A stretch of 64,000 bases of DNA from NCBI GenBank assembly GCA_951406725.2, contig OX597837.1, positions 16,120,001 to 16,184,000 of the forward strand, in the 5' to 3' direction. This document shows positions 1 to 13,965 of this stretch, piece by piece (positions within the stretch are counted from its first letter, which is position 1; each line of letters starts with the position of its first letter). The notes beneath the pieces are model-generated. The model was given only the letters and a program-made list of their open reading frames with translations. It did not search any database and was not told the DNA's origin. The DNA comes from Octopus vulgaris. Taxonomy: Eukaryota. Both the position numbers and the translations under genes were made by a program.

Positions 1-445
1 TCGAAGATGTAGGATTTTCTACTAAGTGCAACTGAAGGTAAAATATTTCATTTGAATAATATTCGGGCACAGAAGCTCCCAGAAAACACTGGACATCTAA
101 TCCCGTGGCAAGACATTTTTCTCAATTTTATTATCACTGTCATATATATTTCTATTCAAGAAACATCCTACTCTGCACAAATGAAATGCACGCATAAAAC
201 GTGAATTTGTACAATTTGAATAATAATTTTTCACAATAACATCAAAACAATTTGCACATTTTGCTAAACAATGAACAGAAGCCAATTTTCGTGAGCATAA
301 CATATGAGCGTTATAATTGGGACTAGCAATCATTTCGCTGATTAGGGGAATATCATGATCTGGCAGAGAAAAATATCTGCGTGGCAAGGATACATAACAA
401 AAGAAAATGCCTCTGTGCCTTACGTATTGATACATGAACGAACAA

Positions 446-596
446 GTAATATTGACATATAAGAAACATGGAAAAAATTAATTAAAAAATTAAATCATCA
501 ATTTAATTATAGTTATAATTAATAATATGTAATTAATTACAATTATAATTAAATTAATTCTCAATTTTTTCCATGTTTCTTACATGTTAATATTAC
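446..596. repeat. Inverted repeat with ~34-bp arms and an AT-rich spacer
   Basis: gtaatattgacatataagaaacatggaaaaaatt (446-479) vs aattttttccatgtttcttacatgttaatattac (563-596); 2 mismatches. Confidence 0.8.
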
Positions 597-1002
597 CGTT
601 CGAAACGATCGGATGCGTGGATTAAAATTTTATAAAACTTTTAACACCTTTTCTTCCCCATCTTTAATTGTTTGTTGAGTTTCTAAAGGATACGTGTTCT
701 ATAAATGCTCATAACACACCTTATATACGCATGAATTTATATTAAGATTATATGGTGTATACAAAGAATATATATTGAGCTACCTAGTTATATGTAATAT
801 TTCAACACATTACGTTTGATGTGAACCGTAGATAACAGTTCTGAGTGACACAAAATAACTAGATTTACAAACACAACTCGTTTGTAACCCGGCACATGTC
901 AATATATATACATATATATATACACACTCATACATACACAGACACAGACATGTATATACATATGTTTACATATATATATATACATATATATGTGTGTATG
1001 TG

Positions 1003-1095
<93 letters not shown>

Positions 1096-1339
1096 GAGAT
1101 CAATTTAATCTTTGGATTAAGATAAAAATTACGATACACACATACATACGTATAAGTTAGTTGGTATTCCTGATTATTGATGTGTGTGTGTGTATGTGTG
1201 CGTGTGTTATATATGTATGTGTGTGTACATCTATGAATATGGCATTGCACTTGAGAAGAATGAAGATTTTCTTGTTGCTACAGGCAGCACATCTCCACTA
1301 CTTTCCCTCCTCTTCTTCTTCTTCTTCTCTTCTTCTTTT

Positions 1340-1371
<32 letters not shown>

Positions 1372-1640
1372 TTCTTCTTCTTCTTCTTCTTCTTCTTCTT
1401 CTTCTTCTTCTTCTTCTTCTTCTTCTTCTTCCTCTTCCTCTTCTTCTTCTTCCTCTTCCTCTTCTTCTTCTTCTTCTTCTTCTTCTTCATTCCTTAGCCC
1501 TCAATAATCTCTAAATACATGAACGAATGCCCATGCAAGTGTTGATATACGTGTACTCATGTAGTGGGTGTATATATGTATTTATATACGTTTGTATGTT
1601 AGCATATTTATATAAATGTGTGTATGTGTATGTATATATA

Positions 1641-1674
<34 letters not shown>

Positions 1675-1754
1675 CATACATACACACACATGCACATGTA
1701 TAGGAATGTACGTACGTATGTACGGGTGTAATTAAGAACTTCTGTGTGTGTGTG

Positions 1755-1805
<51 letters not shown>

Positions 1806-2250
1806 AGATTTGCTATTCCCATCTGTATTTATACATGCATGCTTGGAGATTCTATGTTAGAATATGTGTATACAGCAAATTGTCATTATATACCCTAGTT
1901 GATGCAGTGGGGAACCCAGACAAGGACTGACTGAAGTATACACCCCTTCCCCGTACCTCGACCCTATTAAATATTCCAGATTCAGTTTCTTTCTGTTCCA
2001 CTGAAGTTTGGTTAGAATATTATATGAAGATATACATTCACATATACACATATCTCTCTCTCTATCCTTCTCTCTTTCTCTCTTTCTCTGTATGTATACA
2101 TATATACATCTATACATACATTCCTATATACTTACATATAAAATATAAAGACACAAACATACATGTTTATATATGGTTATATATGTGTATATATATATAT
2201 ATGTGTGTGTGTGTATGTATATATATATATATATAAATATAGATATAGAT

Positions 2251-2293
<43 letters not shown>

Positions 2294-2302
2294 TAGATAT
2301 AC

Positions 2303-2335
<33 letters not shown>

Positions 2336-2372
2336 TGTGTATGTATATGAATGTATAAACATATATGTAGAC

Positions 2373-2426
<54 letters not shown>

Positions 2427-2567
2427 GTCTACATGCATGTACACACACACACATGAGAATGAGTGTGTACACAATTTTCGGAAATATCACTTAATATGGC
2501 TGCTCGTGTTTTTATGTCTTTTACATCCACCATATACACATGCAAACGTACCACACACACAATAGCG

Positions 2568-2601
<34 letters not shown>

Positions 2602-2746
2602 TAATCATAACGTTTGGCATATTTGTGGTGGGAAGGGTTGGTGAATAGCACAGATCCCAGTATTTGACAGGTAGCTCGTTTCACCGACCCCACAACACTG
2701 AAAGGAAAAGTTGACCTCGGTGCTATTCGAAATCACACACACACAC

Positions 2747-2780
<34 letters not shown>

Positions 2781-2957
2781 AACACACACACACACAAACT
2801 AGAACAAATACTGCAAAGCACTTTCCTTTTTCGCCATTACTTTTATCGTTGTTTTTTTTTGTTTTGTTTTAACTTTATAGATTCATACATACAAACATAC
2901 GTGTGTATATATATAGATTTATATATCTATATAATATATAGAGATTTATATATACAT

Positions 2958-3023
<66 letters not shown>

Positions 3024-3423
3024 GTATGTATATATATATATATATATGTATGTATGTGTGTATGTATATATATATATATATACACATACATACATACATA
3101 CAGACATATATATTGCGTCTGGGGTGAGTCAGTCTGTTTTAATGCCTTATTAATTAACACACTCACCGGTTTGATTTCCACTCATATATATATATACACA
3201 CGCATACACACGTATGTATGTTTGTATGTATTTCTATATCTTTTACTTGTTTCAGTCATCAGACTGCAGCCATGCTGGGGCACTGGGACGAGGAATTTTT
3301 TAGTTGAACGAATCGGCCCAAGTACTTATTTTTGTAACCCTGGTACTTATACTATCGGTTTTATTTTTTTTGCCGAATCGCTAAGCTACGGATACAGGTT
3401 GTGAAGCGGTGGTGGGAGACAAC

Positions 3424-3463
<40 letters not shown>

Positions 3464-3465
<2 letters not shown>

Positions 3466-3595
3466 TTATTATATAGAAGGAGCTTCTACAGGACTAGAAC
3501 TGTTTCATTCAAGAGAAATCTTCAGGAAGCTTCCTGAAGATTTCTCTTGAATGAAACAGTTCTAGTCCTGTAGAAGCTCCTTCTATATAATAAAT
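3464..3595. repeat. Perfect 132-bp palindrome, probably a Penelope-like element terminus
   Basis: Centre ggaag|cttcc at 3529/3530; arms are exact reverse complements; flanked by (TA)n. Confidence 0.9.
3528..3578 (+). ncRNA. Type-I hammerhead ribozyme motif (mirror copy on minus strand, 3481-3531)
   Basis: agcttc-CTGAAGA(3534-3540)-tttctcttgaat-GAAA(3553-3556)-cag..ctg-TA-gaagct. 6-bp stem I, ttc/gaa stem II, acag/ctgt stem III, GUA cleavage triplet at 3570-3572. Confidence 0.75.
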
Positions 3596-3664
3596 TAATT
3601 TTACTCTGCTATGTATTGAGTACCTTATTTACTGTGGTTAACCCCGAATCAACCCGGGACCTAC

Positions 3665-3698
<34 letters not shown>

Positions 3699-3707
3699 AC
3701 ATATACA

Positions 3708-3772
<65 letters not shown>

Positions 3773-3827
3773 CATATATACATATATTATGCACAGATAT
3801 AAATATACTTAACTCTCTTTCTTTCTT

Positions 3828-3873
<46 letters not shown>

Positions 3874-4122
3874 CTTTTCTATATGTATCTTGTATGTGTT
3901 TGTGTGTGTTTGTGTGTTTGCGTTTTGCGGATGTACAAATAACGGAATTTGTGACTGCCTCGTTAAACAGACAGACAGACAGACAGACAGAGGGATAGAT
4001 AGACTCGTCAATACAAACAAAACCAAGCCATCAGACATACAGATCGATATAGAAAAATAAATAGATAAATAAAACTGAAGCTTTGATCTTTTCTTTTTTT
4101 TTTTTTTTTTGGTTTATCTTAC

Positions 4123-4639
4123 CTGCATCGATGTGTTGAGAATCGATACACAAATCGTTCTGCGACGGGAACTTATCACATTTAAGCATGGCCGGCCACG
4201 GGTATCCCCATTGCCTCATTATATCTTCGCAGCTGTCCTTCACTAAATTGCACAGTGATCGGCACGGGAAGATTTTCCTGTCCAAGCAAACCGGCGTAAA
4301 AAGCGAACAGAGAAAGAGTCGCGTGTGCGGACTGCATTTGCGACCGATCAGATGTCTCCAAGAACTAAATTGCTGGATTACCTCGGGTAAGCTGCTGTGG
4401 TCCAACAGATTAGGTAGCCTCATCTGACTGTATCCGATATCTTTGCACATGTCCAACGAATCCGGCGTGTCTATACAATGTGTCTTCTCCATTCCGATTC
4501 CGTCCCACCGATTTTCGCCGATCAACGTCATGTCATGGTTGTACACCTCATCGTCGTCGGCGACCGAACCGACCACCACCGTGGACAGAATTATCAGGAG
4601 AGCCGTGTAGAGGCCGCCGCCTTGTGAAGAAGCTGTCAT
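4123..4639 (-). CDS. SFRP1/2/5: First coding exon (A) of a secreted Frizzled-related protein, SFRP1/2/5-like: signal peptide + Frizzled CRD
   Basis: ATG at 4639 (MTASSQGGG; the listed ORF start at 4687 is a GTG). Hydrophobic signal LYTALLIILSTVVVGSVA. CRD with 10 Cys (CIDTP..CKDIGYSQMRLPNLLDH..LFLCSLFTPVCLD..PCRSLC..SC..GYPWPAMLKCDKFP..DLCI). Ends at CAG|GTAAGA donor (GT = 4122-4121), 517 nt, phase 1. No transmembrane helices follow in the exon, unlike typical Frizzled receptors. Confidence 0.93.
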
Positions 4640-5240
4640 TCTACTGAACTGAGGCCAAAACAAAGCTCTTCCCTCTTCGTCTTCCACTTCTTCCGATTCT
4701 TCGACTTCTCTCTCCGATGATTAAAAACAATTTCACTTCAACTTTAATACTTGAGACGTTTTCCTCTCTCTCTCTCTCTTTCTCTCTCTCACTCTCTGTC
4801 TTCCTCTCTCTCTCTCTCTCCCGCTATCCTCCTCCTCCTCCTCCTCCTCTCTCTATCTTCTTCTCTCTCGCTCTCACAGAACAGCTGGACGCCTTTCCAT
4901 TCACTCGCAACTCTCACTTCTTTCAAATTCGTCTCCTTCTTCCTGCACAAACAAAAACAAACACATTCTCATCCCTTTCTCTCGTCTCTTCCCTCACCCA
5001 CTCTTTCTACACACACACACGCACACATACATACTTACATACATATATTTCTATCCTCTTTTCTCTCTCTCTCTGCCTCTCTCTAACTTTCCCCCCTCCC
5101 TTTCCGTCTCTACCTCCTCCCTCTACTTTCACCAAACTCCTCGCCGTCTCCGTCACAATTGCACTGCCACGCTTTTCTCTGTCGCTCTTTCTCTTCTTCT
5201 CTCTCTCCCTCTCCCACTCACTTTCCCACTCTCTCTTTAT
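4640..5240 (-). promoter_or_regulatory. Probable 5'UTR/proximal promoter of SFRP exon A (GA-rich on the sense strand)
   Basis: Long CT-rich (plus strand) tract directly upstream of the ATG, with the same architecture upstream of exon B. The TSS cannot be determined. Confidence 0.4.
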
Positions 5241-5260
5241 ACACACACATATACATCAAT

Positions 5261-5306
<46 letters not shown>

Positions 5307-5757
5307 TATATATATATGCATATATATACATACATACATATATATATATATGTGTATGTGTGTGTGTGTGTGTGTGTGTGTATGTATATATATGCATATA
5401 TATACATATATATATATATATATGTAGGTATGTATGTACGTATACATGCATGTATGTATATTTATATGAAAAACACTTCACTTGTCCGTCTGTAAGTATG
5501 AGTATCTAATTTAACATACTTTATGAATGTTTGGGTGTATCTTTGAAATTTTGATGGCTTTTAATTTGGACACAAAACCAGCCTTTTGGGGACAGACAGG
5601 GATTTAGGGGACCGTATCGATTCCAATACTATTATCATAGTGAACACGGAAAGATTAAAGTAACTTCAACAGGATTTGAACTCAGAATTTTAAAAGTCAG
5701 TGAAAATACTGCAAAGCAGTAGGTGTGTGCGCGCGAAAGAATGTGGCCTATACGCGC

Positions 5758-6111
<354 letters not shown>

Positions 6112-6517
6112 ATATATATATATATATATACACACACAATCACATATATATATTTATACATATATATTATACATACATCTATATATATATTACACACACT
6201 AACATATGCATGATACATACACACACACGTATATATACGCACACTCATATACTTATATATGTGGATATATATGCGTATGCATACATACATACATACATAC
6301 ATACATACATACATACATACATACATACATACATAGATGCATACATATTATGCAAGACATGCGTTATCATTTTCGTCTAGTTGCATTTTCAAAGCATTTC
6401 TCTATAAATAAATATATACATTCATATATACGCGTGTACACGTTCCCGCGAACTCACACACACACATCTACATACAGACTCGCACACACACACACACACA
6501 CACACATCTACATACAG

Positions 6518-6554
<37 letters not shown>

Positions 6555-6878
6555 ACAGCGGGAGAGAGAAAAGGTTTGATCTACATCGTTCGCAGGTGAA
6601 ACACGGATTAAACATTTTTACCGGACTTAGGGTTTCGTTCAAATGGCCCCTCGGGACGTTCATACACTTCATATATACATATATGACAGCTTGTCAACCT
6701 GTCAGTCAATATATCAATCACTTTTCAACAATGAGGAAGCGGTTTCCAATTTAGATACAGACCCACTACAAAGGTATTTGGCTACACATTAACTTACCTG
6801 CTTAGCTCCCCACCTATTCCTACGCGCGCGGGCGTGTGTGCGTGCGTTTGTATGTATATATGCATGTATATACATACA

Positions 6879-6914
<36 letters not shown>

Positions 6915-6944
6915 CATTTATTATATATATACATATATATATAC

Positions 6945-6982
<38 letters not shown>

Positions 6983-6983
6983 T

Positions 6984-7016
<33 letters not shown>

Positions 7017-7218
7017 CACAAACACACACACACACATATATATTATATAATAACTACATTGATGTCATTAATCTCTTATTTGCTTCAGTCATTGGCAGCC
7101 ATTACTATTCTTTTAAAGCCTGACACTTTTTTTTATTTATTGCTTGCTACGCAAACGCAGCGACATCGTTTGAGAAGCGGCAGTGAGACACACACGCACA
7201 CACACGCACACGCACACA

Positions 7219-7252
<34 letters not shown>

Positions 7253-7626
7253 TCTATATGTTAAATAAATGCTCCTACAAGACCCGCATTAGACTCTTCA
7301 CTCGTATCATTATCGAACTGAGAGTTTAACTACCGTCCTTCCAATGCCTCTCAATACATATATATATACTCTTTACTCTTTACTCTTTACTCTTTACTCT
7401 TTTACTCTTTTTACTTGTTTCAGTCATTTGACTGCGGCCATGCTGGAGCACCGCCTTTTAGTCGAGCAACTCGACACCGGCACTTATTCGATCGGTCTCT
7501 TTTGCCGAACCGCTAAGTTACGGAGACATAGACACACCGTGTGCATATTCGTATACAAATTTGTGTGTAAATATACATATATATTTTATGTATGTATGTA
7601 TGTATGTATGTATGTATGTATGTATG

Positions 7627-7694
<68 letters not shown>

Positions 7695-7696
<2 letters not shown>

Positions 7697-7900
7697 CAGA
7701 GTTGGAATTTACAAAAAAGAAAAGCAAAAGACGAAGAACGGTGTATAAACAAGAAACAGGTGTATTAGTTTGATGCCCGGGAAGGTGAGAAAGTCTTTTA
7801 TGTTTCGAGCCGACGCTCTTCAACTGAAAGGAACACGAGAAAATAAACAGAGAGAAAATAAAAAAAAAGTTTTAGTAGCTAGCGATCGATCATGGCGGCT
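7695..7900 (-). mobile_element. Penelope-like terminal repeat fragment with a degenerate hammerhead
   Basis: Minus strand: cttt-CAGTTGA-agagcgtcggctc-GAAA-caTA-aaag. Same family as 23880-23945; embedded in (TA)n. Confidence 0.5.
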
Positions 7901-8016
7901 ACCTGGACGATATATATATACACAAACACACACACACACACATATATATATGTACACATGCATAAATTATTTTCACGCACTCACACATATACATATATAT
8001 ACATATATATATATAT

Positions 8017-8112
<96 letters not shown>

Positions 8113-8138
8113 TATAGATATACATATATATATATATA

Positions 8139-8366
8139 CCGGAGTAAACACATAAATGTGAAACAAGGTGGAAAAAAGAGTAGTCAAATACCAGTGGTAG
8201 AGTAATATGCTTTATTTTAAGCAGCAGAAAATTCAACAAAATCTGTTACTCTGAGTTTCTCGTTGCCGTTCATCAGACAGTTTTTGCTAGCAAAAACTGT
8301 CTGATGAACGGCAACGAGAAACTCAGAGTAACAGATTTTGTTGAATTTTCTGCTGCTTAAAATAAA

Positions 8367-8367
<1 letters not shown>
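8139..8367. mobile_element. Penelope-like terminal repeat with a perfect 158-bp palindrome (8210-8367)
   Basis: Centre ttgct|agcaa at 8288/8289, 79-bp exact arms, (TA)n on both sides. A related copy lies in opposite orientation at 47635-47762. Confidence 0.75.
8291..8340 (+). ncRNA. Type-I hammerhead ribozyme motif (mirror copy on minus strand, 8237-8286)
   Basis: caaaaactgt-CTGATGA(8301-8307)-acggcaacga-GAAA-ctcagag-TA-acagattttg. Stem I pairs 9/10; cg-GCAA-cg stem II; actc/gagt stem III; GUA triplet at 8328-8330. Confidence 0.8.
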
Positions 8368-8437
<70 letters not shown>

Positions 8438-8478
8438 GCATATATATATATATATATATAATATATATATATGTATGC

Positions 8479-8521
<43 letters not shown>

Positions 8522-8551
8522 ATATATATATGCATATATATATATATTTAT

Positions 8552-8612
<61 letters not shown>

Positions 8613-8691
8613 ATATATATGCATATATATATATATTTATTATATATATATATATATATATACATACATATATATATGCATGCTTATATAG

Positions 8692-8755
<64 letters not shown>

Positions 8756-9518
8756 ATATATGCACACACACACACACACACATATTCTCGTAGTTCTTCT
8801 TCTTCCCTTGTTTTCTTCGGTGCAACTTACAAGTGAGAAATATGGCGGTCCAACTATAATATTCTTGTTTTCTTTCTTTATCCGTTTACGACTTCCTTCT
8901 TCTTCTTCTTCTTCTTCTTCTTCTTCTTCTTCTTCTTCTTCTTCTTCTTCTTCTTCTTCTTCTTCTTCTTCTTCTTCTTCTTCTTCTTCTTCTTCTTCTT
9001 CTTCTTCTTCTTCTTCTTCTTCTTCAACTTCTGCATATTTTTCTTATTTTCTTCATCTTCCGCCTCCTTCTCGCTCTCCTCTTCTCTTTCTCCTCTTCCT
9101 CCTCCTTTCTTTTGTCGTCCCACCACGACCGCCACCACCGCACAGGTCTGCAACTTTCTTACTGTCACCTCTTCCTTCTCCCCCTTCAATCCCCCCCCGT
9201 CTGCTTGTCACACATTCCATGCCCCTCCTCAGTTCCATCCATGACAACCTCTCCACCCAGCACCCTTACTCCCTCCTTCTCATCCACCCTCTCTCTCACC
9301 ACCTTCTGTCTGTGTGTCACAGCCAAACTTTATTACTTATGAAAAACAAAAACAAAACAAAATAGATAAGAACATAAAATTAAGAAAACAACTCCTGTCG
9401 CCCTCTAGCGTTCGGAATAGAAATATAAAAGAAACAAATGAATGAACGAAGAACGAGGCTGATGGCTGAAAACGGTGAGCGTCGACGGGGCCCCTGTCCC
9501 CGTCAGCACTCTCTTGAA

Positions 9519-9776
9519 CAGCGCTTCTCAACCCTGTTTTTACCATTGAACCCATTTTGGTTCCTATTTTACCCCACTGGACCCTCACAAACCATTCCAT
9601 GTTTAAGAAATTTCATTGCATTTCCAGAATGAAATATTATCAGAAATTGTATGAAAGAAAGATTCTTGAAATATTTTGTGTATTGTTGAAGGACAATCAA
9701 GTTTGTTGCACTTAGATTTTAAGAAAATCTTACATGGAGCCCCTAGGCCCATGTGGACCCTAGCTGAGAACCACAG
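9519..9776. mobile_element. hAT (Charlie-like) MITE
   Basis: Ends cagcgcttctcaacc ... gctgagaaccacag resemble CAGTGGTTCTCAACC-type TIRs; subterminal ggaccc motifs; AT-rich core. TSD not clear. Confidence 0.5.
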
Positions 9777-10294
9777 CGATGAGATCTCTGTCAATGCCCG
9801 AAAAAGAAATGGCCAAATCTGGGACGTCTTTCGTCTTTTCAGTCTCTAAGTTTCAGAGTCTGGCAGAATCGGAAGGGCAGAGGACAGAAAGCCTACAGCT
9901 ATTTGGTCCTTGTGCTTGTCTGCGTCCAGGTTTCAAATCCCACTCGGGTCAGAATTGTCTTTTAGTCCCTTCAGGATAGAGGAACACAGTTGTACTCGAA
10001 TCTGCTCTAGATTCTTCTCCTCCTCCTCCTCCTTCTTCTTCTTCTTCTTCTTCTTCTTCTTCTTTCCTTCTCATTCTCCCCCTCTTCCTTCTTTTGTCAT
10101 TCTTCTCCTCCTTCTTCCCTTCTCCTTCTCCTCTTTTTCCTCCTCCTCCACCTCCTCCACCTCCTCTCATTCTTCTTCTTTTTCTCCTCCTCCTCCTCTT
10201 TCTTCTCTTCTATTTCTCTTCCTCTTTCTTCTCTTTCTCCCCTCCTTCTTCTCCCTCTTCCCTTTCTTCTCCTCCTCCGCCTTCTTCTCATTCT

Positions 10295-10335
<41 letters not shown>

Positions 10336-10629
10336 GCTCTCTTCTACAATGGTAAGACCGACATGGTGTCTATATCTACTCGTAACTCCATTGGATATCA
10401 TTAGCACAAAAGTTGTACTGGCAGCCAAGACATACTCGCTCGCAAGTGACGGCTGGATGGATCCGCACAATTACTTCTCTTTCCATATGTCCCTGAGAGC
10501 TGTGCCAGTGGAACGCAAGCCCCTATTAAGGTCTCTTATACTGAACATATCGAAAGATAGATGCCAAACTAACCCGGACCACCTCTTCCCAGAGGTGAAA
10601 ATGGGTCACCGTGTCCTTGCCCTCCGTCT

Positions 10630-10840
10630 GTTTCGACGAAGTGTATTCCAGTTGATTCAATCAAGGGAGCGGCCTCCCCATGAAATTAACCTGCAAGTGG
10701 CTGAGTACTCCACAGACACGCCTACTTCACAGGCGCGTAGTTCTCTGGGAGATCCAGGGTGAGACAGCATGTGTCAAAGCTGGCTCTTTGAACCACAAGT
10801 GCAACTCATTTTTGCCAGCTGAGTGGAGTGGAGCAACGTG
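10630..10840 (-). mobile_element. SINE family 2, partial
   Basis: Shares gaaattaac..caagtggctgagtactccacagacac..gctgagtgga.tggagcaacgtg with 13720-13965 and 37850-38175. Confidence 0.7.
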
Positions 10841-11660
10841 TTTGAGAGAAAAACGTAAAGTTAGTGAAACATCGAAGATAATTCAAATCGAAGAAGACAT
10901 AGAAAAAGAACAGCAGGAAAGACAATGCGGACTGAAGAAGAGTGGAGAGGAAGGCGTTGGTGGTCTGCTCTCCGGAGGAAGCGAAGGCTTTCGATGTACA
11001 AACAGCAGCAATACAAGCGGCAGCTTGTTACGTTGATGCCCTTAAAAGGGGGGGGGGATAGAATAAATACCAGATTTTAAATGAAAAGAACTGGAGGCGA
11101 TCTGTTCGACTAAACGCCTTTCAGGATTGGGCCCCAGCGTGGCCGTAGTCCTGGGACTGAAACAAGGAAGAGAAAATAAAAGTATATTGTTGTGTTTAAG
11201 ATGTTAGATTCATTGCAGGGAAAAATAAAATTGTTTGAGGATATTAAAGAAGTGCTGACGATGTTTCTTGTTTGGCCCTTGCTCGAATAATATAACTGAA
11301 CAGGCCTCTGATTCAAGGCGCTCCAGGCATGATTGTCGCGCTTGTCACTCGTTGCGCTTCTCTTTGGTTTCTTCCTCCTGCAGGATTGCGTCATAACATG
11401 TGTCCTTCACGTTGCGTGATGGTAATGTGTGAAATGAGAGCGAGATAGAGTAGGGAGACGAGGAGGGAGCCCGATGGGTGTTATTGCTAGCAGATCGTGT
11501 GACCAGGTAGGGATTATTTGTGTTTTAGTGCGAAACACTCCTGAAGATCTCCTTGCTTAAGTTCAATGATAACAGCGTGAAACCATGGCGCGGAAGTAAC
11601 TCAAGGCAATATCAATACGTACACACACACATACACACATACATACATGTATGCCTACAA

Positions 11661-11711
<51 letters not shown>

Positions 11712-11768
11712 ACGCTTATATATATACAGATACGTGATTGCTTATACATACATATACATATATATGTA

Positions 11769-11844
<76 letters not shown>

Positions 11845-11974
11845 CATATACATAAATATGTGTGTATGTGTATATGCAGGCAAATTGTAGACATTCGGAA
11901 TTAATCATCCACTGACATAATCAGTGACACATACACACACAGAAACGCACATACATAGCTATGGGTGTATACAC

Positions 11975-12089
<115 letters not shown>

Positions 12090-12120
12090 CATTTATATAC
12101 ATACATATATGCATACCTAT

Positions 12121-12175
<55 letters not shown>

Positions 12176-12186
12176 TACATACATAT

Positions 12187-12217
<31 letters not shown>

Positions 12218-12246
12218 TATGCATATATACATACATACATATACAT

Positions 12247-12313
<67 letters not shown>

Positions 12314-12478
12314 CTACAGATACGTGCCTACACACACACACGCATGTCTGTATATATCGGGAATTAATCGTGCAGAGATTTAATCTCTCTCTAAGTCAAA
12401 ATGTCGAACCTTGACTTGACAGATTAGCCTGTGTTATCTTTAGGGTTTTTCTAGCCACAAAATAATTCATAATTTACG

Positions 12479-12527
<49 letters not shown>

Positions 12528-12899
12528 ATAGTCAATATATTTATCTTTCTATTCTGATATGCACCATATACACATACATACGTGCGTACTCTCGTACATA
12601 CATACATGTATGTATGCATGCATGCATGCATGTATGTATGTATGTATGTTCTTAGAGCAGCCAATCGATGTTGTATGAGCCAAAGTGTGTCCGATCGACA
12701 GGATTCTTGTTAAGAAGTGAATGAAAAGGTCTCATTTAGCGAGGTCAATATCGATGGTTCCACGTTCTTTCTTGCAGCCACATTAACTCTCACCCCTCCC
12801 TCCCTCCCCTCTCTCTCTCTCTCTGACAGAAGACCCTTCTTGAGATGTGTGATGAGGCTGTTGAGCAGCAAAGAGATGATAGTCGTGTATAGGATGGAA

Positions 12900-13560
12900 A
12901 GAAGGGAATCCAACGGATGCTTCACCGTTTCTTTTGCGTTTGGAACTGTGAATGCATCCTCGCAATCCCGAAGAACAATCTCGTGCTGCCATCACTCTAG
13001 AGAGAAAGATGAAGACGTCTCGAGCGCATTGCTTCACAGCGCATCGCTTCGTGTTTGCAAAGCACGAAATGTCTACCAATGGAATGCAAGAAAGCCGAAC
13101 CGCCTTCATACTATGTCATATTATCCACCTTAGAATGATTCTTGGCATCAAATGGAAGGACATGATTCCTGATACAGAATTTCCCAGCTTCCACACGATT
13201 CCGATGCAGTCATAGGTGCGCGAGGAGGTAGATCACGTAGTTGGCATGCCAGACCATTGTCTCTCAAGGAAGATGGGGATATTTTTGCCAAATCCAGCTT
13301 ATCAAACGCTTCCAAAGAAGCCAGAAAATGCACAACGAAGACATTTTGAAAGCTTTACAGAACACATTCGCTATAAACCCTAAAGAGTCGGAGCAGAGAG
13401 TATTAGATGATGTCTCAGGATGGCACGGTTCTGAGACATGTGACACCAACAGAGTCACTGCAGCTAAGCAACAGAGGCAGGACAGAAAAGAAAAGGACAT
13501 CCGCTCCCCCATTGCTCACCGCATTCCTTGTCCTCACCACCACACCGCCCACAACAGAAT
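12900..13560 (+). mobile_element. Degraded RTE-clade LINE, ORF C-terminal region
   Basis: Frameshifted pieces LRMILGIKWKDMIPDTE / DHVVGMPDHCLSRK / EDILKALQNTFAINPKESEQ match the RTE pattern RILGIKWQDRVPNTEV..GHVVRMPD.RLPK..KDTLK. Confidence 0.75.
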
Positions 13561-13620
13561 GACTGGTTAGTCTCTGGTGTGGTGCAGGACGGACTGGTCA
13601 CGTCGGGCATTTCATGCACG

Positions 13621-13694
<74 letters not shown>

Positions 13695-13719
13695 TGCACA
13701 TACGCTCACATCAATTTTT

Positions 13720-13965
13720 AACTGGCACCGTCGGTTACGACAATGAATATTCCAGTTGATCCGATCAACGGAACAGCCGGCTCGTAGAACTTAATGTTCA
13801 AGTGGCTGAGTACTCCACAGACATGCATATCCCTAACGTAGTTCTCCGGGAGATTCAGCGTGACACAGAATGTAAAGTGTCTTGCTGAAGGAGACAAGGC
13901 GCCGCTGAGAATCGAACTCACAACCATTCGATAGTGAGCCAAAGACCGTGACCACTAAGCCACTC
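13720..13965 (-). mobile_element. SINE family 2 (tRNA-derived head on minus strand)
   Basis: Minus-strand head gtggcttagtggtc..gagttcgattctc (A/B-box-like). Homologous segments at 23640-23810, 32170-32355, 37850-38175, 39580-39700, 48525-48710 and 61975-62150. Confidence 0.75.

Noticed and set aside
97-435. 112-aa Cys-containing ORF
   Set aside because: No recognisable family or splice context.
4031-4122. Lys-rich and hydrophobic C-terminal tail of ORF 4031-4687 as a membrane anchor
   Set aside because: It lies beyond a consensus GTAAG donor and derives from a homopolymer run, so it is most likely intron.
10375-10475. Minus-strand VCLGCQYNFCANDI as SFRP exon 2
   Set aside because: Spacing between CxxC and FC is too short, there is no suitable donor, and a stop follows shortly.
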